In this document: positions 53,222 through 64,000 of the stretch, piece by piece
How the letters are laid out: each line of letters opens with the position of its first letter
Numbering within the stretch: the first letter of the stretch is position 1
Assembly (NCBI GenBank): GCA_964016885.1
Contig: OZ024742.1
Coordinates: 187,736,001 to 187,800,000 of the forward strand
Length of the DNA: 64,000 nt
Source of the DNA: Eledone cirrhosa
Taxonomy: Eukaryota
Direction: 5' to 3'
Translations under genes and position numbers: made by a program
Notes under the pieces: model-generated
The model's database searches: none
What the model saw: only the letters and a program-made list of their open reading frames with translations
Told to the model about the DNA's origin: nothing

Positions 53222-53507
53222 TCATACATACATACATATATATATATATATAGTTGAACAAATAAAAGAAAACAAACATAAGGATGTAAGAATACAAAGT
53301 CATATTAGGTTCACACATACATACACACACACACATAAATAAATTGATATATATACATATATACATATATATACATATATACATATTGTTATACTTTGTT
53401 ATACTTTGGTATAACAATATCGGTTTCAACACACGATTTCAGATAAAGAATCTTGCTAAACAAATTCAGAAACGAGATATATATACACACAAGCATATAT
53501 ATATATA

Positions 53508-53688
53508 TAATGTTTCTACTTTTGGCACAAGGCCAGCAATTATCTCAGTGTAATACTGGTACTTTATTTTACCGACCCCGTAAGGATGAAAGGCAAAGTT
53601 AACCTCGGCGGGCTTTGAACTCAGACTATAAAGGGCCGTAACTCTTTACTGCTAAGCATGGCGCTCGGCCCTCTACCGGTACTGCCAA
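53508..53688 (-). mobile_element. MetaSINE-like SINE
   Basis: Consensus match. Confidence 0.88.
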
Positions 53689-53747
53689 ATAAGAATAATA
53701 ATATATATATATATATATATATATAATGTGTGTGTGTGTGGGTATAA

Positions 53748-53857
53748 CTAGGTAAACATCTCATCGAGTCAAACAACGCCGCACGTTAGAATCACCCACG
53801 GTACAGTGGATTATTCTGACGTGCGGCGTTGTTTGAGTCGACAAGATGTTTACCCAG
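53748..53857. other. Imperfect ~110-nt hairpin (pre-miRNA-like or tiny MITE)
   Basis: ggtaaacatctcatcgagtcaaacaacgccgcacgttagaat / attctgacgtgcggcgttgtttgagtcgacaagatgtttacc. Confidence 0.6.
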
Positions 53858-54514
53858 ATCTGGTGTTCGGATGCCGATTCCAGATAGTTCCTATGTTAGA
53901 GGTTCCTGGAGTATTAATAATGAAGGAGTGAAGAATAACGTGGATAAGCTGTACAGTAGGGTTTATTCCAAGTATTAACAAATGTTTCATTGGCTCGGTG
54001 TGTCTAAGAATCGCTATTTTCGGTGCTGCATTGACATTCGAATTTAAGTACAGTTACCACCAGCCAAATTATCAAAATACGAGTTTGGTACTGGTAACAC
54101 AAGACATTTATACTGGGGTGTAGAGATAATGACATGAAAAACAACATGAAAAATAGCAAGCTGAAAAGTATAGTGAAATGGAGAATAGTAAGTTAATGTA
54201 TGAGACAATGAAGTGAAAAATAGTGAGATGAAAAGTATAGTGAGATGTGAGACAATAAGATAAAAATCACATAAAATAAGAATCGAAAGGGATTTTAAAT
54301 TATTCATGCCAGAAGGATGTCAGACAAACTTCTCATCGACAAGATTTAAATAATAATGATAATTATGTTTATAGAAAGAATATTTTATTTTGTTATCTGT
54401 TATACATAAAGATATTATATCAGCTATATTTTACAAAAAAAGGAAGTTATACAAAGTTAGTGGCCACAAGATCTAAAAAACAATATGTTACACCTACAGT
54501 ATAAAACCTGACAA

Positions 54515-55125
54515 TGCCGTTGAATGTGGCGACGGTGCCGTTGGCCGAGGCAACGGCAACGTTGGACGCGATGACGGTGACGTTGGCCGTGGCGACAATT
54601 AGATGTACGATGGTGACGACGGCGCCGGGCGTGGCGATCGTGACGTGGCCATAGAGATGCTGACGTTAGTGGTGGCGACGGTGATGTTGGCCGTGGCGAC
54701 GGTGACATTTCCGTGGCGACGATGTTGTTGGCCGTGGTGACGGTGACGTTGGCCGCGGCGACGGTGACGTTGGCCGTGTCGACGATGCTGGTGGTGGCGA
54801 CGGTGACGTTGGCGGTGTCGACGGTGACGTTGGCCGTGGCGACGGTAACGTTTGCCGTGGCAACGATGTCGTTGGCCGTGGCGACGATGACGTTAGCCGT
54901 GGCAACGATGAGTTGGACGATGGTGAAGACGACGTTTGTTGTGGTGAGTGCAACGCTAGGTGTGGCGACGATGAGGTGGACGATGGCGCCGACGACTTTG
55001 GTTGTGGCGACGATGACGTTAGCCGTGGCGGCGATGAGGTTGACGATGGCGTTGACGACGATGGCACGTGACGACGACGATGTTGTCCGTGCGACGATGA
55101 GCTGGACGATGACAACGTTGAGACG
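54515..55125. repeat. GC-rich 21-bp minisatellite (gtggcgacggtgacgttggcc), about 28 diverged units
   Basis: Direct reading; period 21. Confidence 0.9.
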
Positions 55126-56065
55126 AATAGTGATGATAAAGACTTTGATGATAATAAATCATAAAGTGACGTTTTTTAATTTTGATAAAATATTATTTTT
55201 TCCGTTTGTTTTTTCTCATTTTACCTCTTTGTATTATAGGTAAATGTGTGGCTAATTAAGTTCCTGTTTTGAATATTAATGACTATTGACAAGATTTTAT
55301 CGTAGTTCCACTTTCATTGATTTTTACCTACATTTAGAATGACAGAAATTTTGGCAAGTAATATATTTAAAAAGTTAAAAATAAAAGAACTGAATATTTA
55401 TAGCATTTAAATCATATTCGGCTACAGTCGTCAATAATGAAATAATTAGTAACACTTAATATTCAACCAGAGTGACCAACAAACACAATAGTATTTAAAT
55501 ATTGTTCTGTTGGTTGGGAATTTATATATTCCCTATTGCAATATGTCTCCATCCTAATTGAAATAAAGTATTTGTTTATTTTACTGGTGTCGTTCATTAA
55601 ACTGGTGTCGTTCATGGGCGAATAGATAAGTTCGTGTCGAAAACATGGAGTACTGGGTTCTAACCCGCTTCAGGATACATTGAGCAAATAGCATTTACCT
55701 TAGCCGCGGGTGGAACTATTATTGTTTAAACATTCAAGAAATAGAATAAAACTGAAGGAGAAGAAGGAGCTGTGCTGTATCTTGTGAAAATGGTGAAGAC
55801 ATGAGCAGAAATACTTTACAGGGTGGACTGGGTGTGTTTTGGAAATTGAAACAGTTACTTTCCTGAGTAGAATGTCTCGGTTGGTTTTAGAAATGAAACA
55901 GACAACGTTGCAATCAATGGCGGTCCATTTCATACCATAAATAGACAGCGTTCATGCTGAGGCAGCGCATGGAATGGCTTTTACTCGAACATATTGTTGA
56001 AGTCTAGTACTACTTGAGATATCCATTTGTCGAGCAGCTAAATTACTGGGCATAACTACGCACGC

Positions 56066-56145
56066 GTATGTATGTATGTATGTATGTATGTATGTATGTA
56101 TGTATGTATGTATGTATGTATGTATGTATGTATGTATGTATGTAT
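56066..56145. repeat. (GTAT)n microsatellite
   Basis: Direct reading. Confidence 0.95.
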
Positions 56146-56712
56146 GTCCTGCAGGATCTCCAAAGTCACCCTCCTCACCAAGAAACCCTGGTGGGGTTGC
56201 CAGTTTAGTCGCCAACGACCCGACCATGTGACAGGTTGTACTAAAAACAAAACCTGTCAAAGGGCAAAGAGCTCTTAAGAGTCAATGGCCATCCAAAATC
56301 ACCGACAGATATGACCCCTTAGCCTTTGTCAAGGCAGAATTCTAGGAGAAGGAAAACTCAGATATAACACCTGCAACCTTGATGGTATCCAATGATGTTG
56401 ACTTGTTCTTCTTTTGGTAAATATCATCTTGGTTAAGAGAGTGGGACTGGCTTTGTGCAGTGCCTTTCCTCACTATAAAAGCTTCACGGCACAGGCATTG
56501 CTTTATATCTAGAGATCTCTCTGCACTTGTTGTCACATGGTACCATGGGCCTAGCACTATGTGTCAATAATTGTCACGGGTGTAGTGTTTGTACCCGAGT
56601 TTTCAAGTCGCTGGCTGGACTAAAAAGTCACACTCGTTCAGCGCATCGGTAGGGGTTCTCCTACATGGATATAAAGTAGTGGCCGCACTCGAAAACGAGT
56701 TGGCAGCCACCA
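56146..56712. repeat. Longer copy of the 1-411 repeat family
   Basis: 56302-56712 matches 1-411; 56146-56243 matches 40108-40205 and 63667-63750. Confidence 0.85.
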
Positions 56713-56782
56713 TGATGTATGTATGTATGATGTATATATGAATGCATGTATTTTCTTCTGGTTTCATTATTTCATAAATGAA

Positions 56783-56972
56783 CGCGGTAGATTACAGTAT
56801 CGATAGAGGGTCGGACGCCATGCTTTGATGCATAGAGTTACGGCCCTTCCCATTCTGAGTCCAAATCCAGCCGAGGTTAACTTTGCCTTTCATCCGTAAG
56901 GGGTCGATAAAATAAAGTACCAGTAATGCACTGGGTATTTGCTGGCCTTGTGCCAATAGTAGAAACAATTAT
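56783..56972 (+). mobile_element. MetaSINE-like SINE
   Basis: Consensus match; TSD attatt(t)tcataaatg. Confidence 0.9.
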
Positions 56973-57053
56973 TTCATAAATGTTTGCCAATTTTTACAAA
57001 TAGAGAGATAGAGAGAGAGCGTGTGAGAGAGAGAGAGGGAAATAGAGAGAGAA

Positions 57054-57100
<47 letters not shown>

Positions 57101-57362
57101 GAGAGAGAGAGAGTCTAGTTCTAAGATAGACACAAAATCTCTAATTGGAATTTAAACAATAATAACTAGAAGTTATGTATACGTGTCAGCATGCGGCGCG
57201 TTTGTGCATGTACGAATGTTGTTGTATGTATGAATGAATGTTTCAAATTATATGCGTACATGTGAAGCCGTTTTTGAATATTTTACATTCATGTATGTAT
57301 AAAACAGTAGCATCACTGACACTTCGAAGTCTCTACGAACGTATTATGTTCGCAAAATGTAA

Positions 57363-57419
<57 letters not shown>

Positions 57420-57517
57420 TTAGCGAGAATCGCGTTTCGGCGGGTAGAAAAAGCGAAACGTAACGCAACTTCAGAGTCATATATATATATATATACATGT
57501 ATATATATATATATATA

Positions 57518-58400
57518 TCATCATCATCATCATCAACATCATCATCATCGTTTAACGTCCATCTTCCACGCTAGCATGGGTGTGGGCGGTAATTTTCCCA
57601 CTTTTGGCAAGATTGGTTGTCTTGCTCGTATAGGACTGTCTGGCGGGTTTTCTACTGCTGGATGCCCTTCCTAATACCAACCACGTTTACAGTGTGGACT
57701 GGGAGGTTTTTACCGTGTTACCTACACGGTCACATTACAGCGTGGACTGTGTGTTTTTTTGTCGTGACACCTACACGACCTCATTTATTTAGGAATGGAT
57801 GTTGTGGTACCAACATAACATTACATCAAAAGGGGGTGATGTGGATGGGGGTGTATTTTAGTAAGAGGTGCCTACTGACTGTAGGTTTCGCTTTTCACTT
57901 AGGCAAGGCGGGTAGCGCCAAAGATCTCGGTCCAGTGACATTGTCTTGGAGAGGTGTAAGTGTGTGAGGTCGGAATTTATCAAGTCGTCCCAGGTTTTTC
58001 TGGGTCTGCCTACTCTGTGGCTACCGTCTATTTTGATCGGCCTGCACTTTTTTATACAGCTGTGGTCTTTGATGCGCATCACTTGACCATACCAACGTAG
58101 TCTTCTCTCGAGTAAACAGCATCTGATCGAACTTATTCCTAATTTCTCATGTATGCTTTGCCGTTCAAGTATATTACTATTACTCATCCAACGGAGCATG
58201 CAAGCTTCGTTCCTCTCCAGTCTCCGTAGATCCTCTGCACACAATGCCCAGGTCTCACTGCCATGTAACATTGCGGTTCGTATGCAGGCATCATACAGCC
58301 TACCTTTCATTTTTAGAGAGAAACATTTAGCGGCCAATAGTGGTATAGGCTCTCTGAACTTTATCCATCCCGTTCTGACTCTAGTTACTGTACTTTCAGA

Positions 58401-58402
<2 letters not shown>
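57518..58402 (-). mobile_element. RTE-clade LINE 3' fragment
   Basis: KGRLYDACIRTAMLHGSETW...LERNEACMLRWM...RRLRWYGQVMR...GRPRKTW; (TGA)n tail at 57518-57549. Confidence 0.92.
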
Positions 58403-58460
<58 letters not shown>

Positions 58461-58724
58461 ATGTGTGTTTATATATACAGATTTATATATATATATGTTT
58501 GTGTTTATCTATATATATACATTTTATTATGTTTGTGTGTGTGTGCGTGAGAGAGAGAGACCATTATATATTAATGCAATTAATATATACGGCAAACGGC
58601 AAATATTCCACCATCACCTTCAATTGTTGAGTGACACAGTTCAACTTTATTTCCCTACTATTGGTCCCACCAATTGATTTAGCTGTAATTTGTTCATGTT
58701 CCTGAATTAGATTTACAGGAAACA

Positions 58725-58820
58725 GATATTTACAACTGCAACGGAAAGCAAGATGTTTTTCTTTTGAACAACATTCGACAAATATTGGGAAAAAAAAACG
58801 TTGTCACATATTTTTGGGCG

Positions 58821-58854
<34 letters not shown>

Positions 58855-59370
58855 GTTTCTAATTTAGGCACCAGGCCACAAATTACCCAGTGCATTACTG
58901 GTACTTTATTTTATCGACCCCGTAAGGATGAAAGGCAAAGTCAATCTCGGCGGGATTTGAACTCAGATCGTAAAGGGACGTAACTATACTTGAAAGCATG
59001 GCGTCCGACCCTCTACCGATACTGCCAATCCACCGTCACATATTTTGGGGCGTATTATATATGTATATAATACGCCCCAAAATATGTGACATCGTTTTTT
59101 TTTCCCAATATTTTTGGGCGTATTATATATATATAATACGCCCCAAAATATGTGACAACGTTTTTTTTCCCCAATAATTGTCGAATGTTGTTCAACATAA
59201 AATCCTCTTGCTTTCGGTTGCATATGTAAATATTGTTTGGCTTTTGAGGTTGACTTTGCCTTTCATCCTTACGGAGTAGATAAAATAAAGTACCAGTAAT
59301 GCACTGGGTAATTGCTGGCCTTGTGTCTAAACTAGAAACAATTATATATATATATATAATACGCCCCAAA
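58725..59370. repeat. Nested palindromic composite with two SINEs (58849-59035 -, 59245-59343 +)
   Basis: Arm 58725-58830 is the revcomp of 59130-59234; gtcacatattttgggcgtatta recurs in alternating orientation. Confidence 0.75.
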
Positions 59371-59423
59371 ACAATTATATATATATATATATATATAGAT
59401 ATAGATATATATATATATACACA

Positions 59424-59526
59424 TACAGTGTGACCAAGAAATGTATACACATTTCAAGAGCATTCTAATAAATATTGCCTGTACATGTAATGAAATTGTG
59501 TATACCTTTTTGGGGTACACCCTGTT
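59424..59526. mobile_element. Tc1/mariner-type mini-MITE
   Basis: TAcagtgtgaccaagaaatgtatacaca / tgtgtatacctttttggggtacaccctg. Confidence 0.6.
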
Positions 59527-59534
59527 TATATATC

Positions 59535-59597
<63 letters not shown>

Positions 59598-59714
59598 AAG
59601 ATCCGCATAAGGTGAAAGAATTGTTCTCGGTATGGTGAACTAACTGTTACTACTTCTACCAGACTCGTCCCATGGAGTGAGTGCTCTACCACTACGGATA
59701 TTACCTTCCAGTAT

Positions 59715-59924
<210 letters not shown>

Positions 59925-60234
59925 TAAGTATGTGTGTATACGTACATACATATATGTATACTGACGTACAGTAGCATGCATATATATATATATATATATT
60001 TAGAAACACACAGATACATGCGGACACACACATATATACATGAATGCATCCGCACCCAACTGTGAGTTAAGGGTGCCAACTTCACCGATGTTGCTCAATG
60101 AATGACTGGGGCAGACCAATTCAGTTTGAACCAGACTGAACCAGTATCAGAGTTGAAAATACATTATGAATAGAGAAGAAACATTTAGATATAATTAGTA
60201 ATAAAATGTATCATACCTAAACTGTTCCTAAATT

Positions 60235-60320
60235 CCTCGACTACGTAGTTTCGTGGCATAAACAAAAACAATATATCAAAGATATAGAGTCCTTGCGAGG
60301 TCTGCCGACTTATCAAGAGG
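60235..60320 (-). ncRNA. Degenerate HHR with long stem II (family L)
   Basis: revcomp cctc-TTGATAA-gtcggca...tgccac-GAAAC-tac-GTA-gtcgagg. Confidence 0.4.
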
Positions 60321-60654
60321 ATACCTCATTTTACTAGTCTCAAGAACGCGTCTACACGACGTGAGAAAGAATCACAAAAGGCGGAGGGGGAGAGAGTCAC
60401 GCGATATAACGGTCGAGAAACAGAGCTAAGCCTCTTATAACCACGAAGAAAATACCACGGAGGCGGAGGGGGTATTCATATCGAGGCCGCAGAAGAGGTA
60501 GTGAAGAAGGCGAGAAGTATGAGTAATGGAAGCTTTCCAGTTGTCCCCACACTTCAAAGATTGCTCGACCAGAGGGAGTTATTAATATATTTAGAAACAC
60601 ACAGATACATGCGGACACACACTATATATATATATATATATATATGTGTATATA

Positions 60655-60750
<96 letters not shown>

Positions 60751-60865
60751 TGCTACTGTACATCTGTATACATATATGTATGTACGTATACACACATACT
60801 TACATTTAAGTAAGTGCCGTACTAAGAGTGAGAAATGAAATTTCGTTTTCATTTTTTTTTTCAAC

Positions 60866-60979
<114 letters not shown>

Positions 60980-61279
60980 GTTATACTTTAGGAGTGTCAC
61001 ACTGCCAATAAAATGACACGCACCTGTTGGTTTGCACTTCAATTGATTATATGTTTCACGTTGGTTGGTTGGTTTGTTCTATATGTTGGACAGAATTGTT
61101 CTTTTAGTTTGGTTTTCGTGTGTGTGTGTGTGTCTTCATTTTGTCCTTAATTCATAATAAATTGAAGTGAAAATCAGCAGGTGCGTGTGTTTTTATAGGC
61201 AGTATGACCCTCCAAAATTATAGCAATATCTATTTCAATACACGTTTTCAGATAACAAATCTTGCAGAACAAATTTTCT

Positions 61280-61340
61280 CCTTCTTCTTCTTCTTCTTCT
61301 TCTTCTTCTTCTTCTTCTTCTTCTTCTTCTTCTTCTTCTT
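61280..61340. repeat. (CTT)n microsatellite
   Basis: Direct reading. Confidence 0.95.
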
Positions 61341-62329
61341 GGACCGGGCGATACGTTTTGTCCTTGAGTAAGACAGTTTCTTTTACGTTGCTCCTTCTAT
61401 CTGCGACCGATTTGACGATAGTCTGTCGATATTTACATTGCAGTGGTGTCAGGCGTAGTCATGACTGAATAAATATGTTGTGTTTACAATCATGATGTCC
61501 CAAGCTTGGTCAGTTTGATCCAAATTTTTGTGAATGAATTTGAGGAGACAAATGCATGTTAAAAGCATGTCGGATGTATTATACATGCCATTCACATATT
61601 TACCGTTTACATATATTGTTCATATTCATTTGCCTTGAAAATAACATTAATTGTGTGTGTGTGTGTGTGCGTGGAATACTCAAGCACTTGGAATAGAATG
61701 GACCTCCACCGGATTTGGCGAAGGAAATACCAGTTCTTTGATCAAAATTTTGGCCTGTTTTTAATATCACGGCATGATTTTGAAATTCATGAGTGGCCCT
61801 TTGACTTAATTATCAGAGGAGTTCATATTGAACGTTTGAATTACATGTATAGCCCATCTGATGGGCTTCCAAATAGTTTGGAAAACAGCCCAACCACTTA
61901 TTTGTTAAACCACAAGTCAGAAATTCAGCTGATGAAACGACTGAATAGTCATCGTCGAAATTTACGGAGGACCCCGCATCATTTCATGGTAGTAGTACGA
62001 GAACAGATATTATGAATTCCTGAAACATCAAATACTTCTATTATATTAGATAATTCACCCTCCAAAACAAAATTACTAATATAATATAACAAGTCAAAAC
62101 CCACTTCGATATCTCCCATTCTCCATACACAATGTCTTATCTGTTCTCATTTTTCAATCAGTTTCTGTATTTATTTTTTTCATTTTTATATTCAGACACA
62201 CACAAAGCTCTGTGGTATAATAACAATAAAAAAAGTGAATTATGTTTAGGTTCATCTATCCTCGTTACTGTCGACATTGCTAAAACCTATTAGGCAACTA
62301 AAAAAAGCTATTTACTGACATTAAAACTT

Positions 62330-62347
62330 ATATAATAATAGTAGTAA

Positions 62348-62402
<55 letters not shown>

Positions 62403-62522
62403 TGTAGTAATGATGGTAATAACGCATTACTACTTTACTCTTGTTCTTGTTGTTATTGATGTTATATTCATAAATATTATCATTATTATTGCAATTATTG
62501 CCACTACTGCTATCATCATCAC

Positions 62523-62568
<46 letters not shown>

Positions 62569-62575
62569 ACTATTA
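62330..62575. repeat. (TAG)n and (ATT)n trinucleotide tracts
   Basis: Direct reading. Confidence 0.9.
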
Positions 62576-63414
62576 CTGAACGGGCCAGTCCTGTTTTTTC
62601 TATCGCTCTTAAAGCCTTTGGATACTAAAAAGTGCACAAAATAGTAAAATATCTTGATTTACTTTTAAAATAGGATGGTGGGTAGCTAATTTGGAAGTCT
62701 GCCCATACATGTTCTAGACGAAATAAGAGATGAGTTGTTAGGGGAAGAAACAAAAAAAAAGAAAAAAACATTGTCTATCTTTTTTAATTTTATTTCATGT
62801 ATAATATGGCAATAGGGAATACCGACCAATGTATATTGAATTTTAACGTGTTTCTACGGATGTTAAGCACCAAACAATGTTTTTTTTTGTAATGAAAATT
62901 TAACTTGTTCACCATTCACCTTAGAGACCAGACAATTGTAAATAAATCTCTGAAGATGCAGGAATTTTATCCAAATTTTGTGGGTAGTTACAAAATAACA
63001 GTTAAATTATCGTTATATAGAATCAAATGTGCACCATAAACCAGACACAAAACCTATTTTCTCTCATAGTGTTTAGGTACGTCGAGGGAATTGGGAATTT
63101 ATAATACATGGTAGCGAAGAGTTAACTGATTTTACACTGTCTTTACCCTTATTGATTACGTTTTTCCTGTCTTTAAGCTAACATACATTCAGATGACGTA
63201 TTTTCTCCATATGAAATTAAATGATTACCAGGTTTAGTAGATCTTTTTAAAAAATCGCGAAATTTTAGTTAATCAACAGCAGTGTATAATATACGATTTT
63301 CTGGCTCTAAAATCATACTTCAGTATCTTCTCAAATAGAAGCGTTAGTGACAGTATAACACACACATTATATATTTGATAATAAGATATTACAGAGCTAA
63401 TAATTATTTGTTAT

Positions 63415-63780
63415 ATATTTGTTTCGGTTGCTGAATACAATCAGGGGTCGCTGTTTCTCCTGAAGATCAAAAGTTCTCTTCTAACTCGAGTGGGAGCGCC
63501 TTTCCATTGTCACTTTGCATTGATCATCTGCAAAGCCTCATTGTTCACAATCTTTCGATGACTGCAGCTGGAATTACTGCCACCCATTGATTTGCCAGGA
63601 TTGTTTTTTCTAGATGGTCATTAACTCTTATGAGTTCTTCCGCCCTTTGTCAGGTTTTGTTTTTTGCCCTGCAGGGTGTCCAAAATCACCCTCCTCATCA
63701 AGTAAACTTGGTAGGGTTACCGGTTTAGTCACCCACGATCCGACCATGCTACCAGTAGCACTCAAGAGTGACCTGACACA
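63415..63780. repeat. Copy of the 39838-40250 repeat
   Basis: Direct sequence match. Confidence 0.85.
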
Positions 63781-64000
63781 ATAAGTTGACTGTAAAATCA
63801 TAAATACACTGTACTTCAACACATAATCATGTTCCAGGCAATTCATATATGTGCTATAAATATTCATACATATTTGAATTACAATCCATGTATTCAAACA
63901 CAATTTATTCAAAAGCAAAAAAAACAAACCTTATTTAGTAACAAAAAATAAAGAAGAGGAAACAAAAGGAAACAAAGAATAGGGAAATATAAGGAAAGAA

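Noticed and set aside
55697-56055. Possible exon or pseudogene
   Set aside because: No long frame with a recognisable domain; only a lone minus-strand donor site
56146-56300. HDV-like ribozyme
   Set aside because: I could not build the nested double pseudoknot by eye
61635-62015. 126-aa ORF in unique DNA
   Set aside because: Non-ATG start through a GT repeat, no recognisable domain, no clear splice structure

Overview
AT-rich, microsatellite-saturated eukaryotic DNA. The SINE types and simple-repeat load suggest an octopus or other cephalopod (inference). No intact host gene can be identified. The window is a mosaic of: (i) decayed Penelope-like elements (PLEs; GIY-YIG/RT remnants) and their pseudo-LTR (pLTR) fragments; (ii) about 18 copies of a young tRNA-headed MetaSINE-like family plus older tRNA-SINEs; (iii) RTE and CRE-like LINE remnants; (iv) small Tc1/mariner-pogo MITEs and a Helitron 3' end; (v) a 200-N assembly gap. 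The strongest signal is a very high density of type I hammerhead ribozyme (HHR) motifs. I found about 25 copies in about 13 sequence families by eye. They are mostly in inverted or fold-back repeats, and one pair sits in a 432-nt head-to-tail tandem resembling a non-LTR retrozyme. Some have atypical cores or very long stem II. All folds were done manually, ribozyme activity is untested, and boundaries are approximate to about 10-20 bp.
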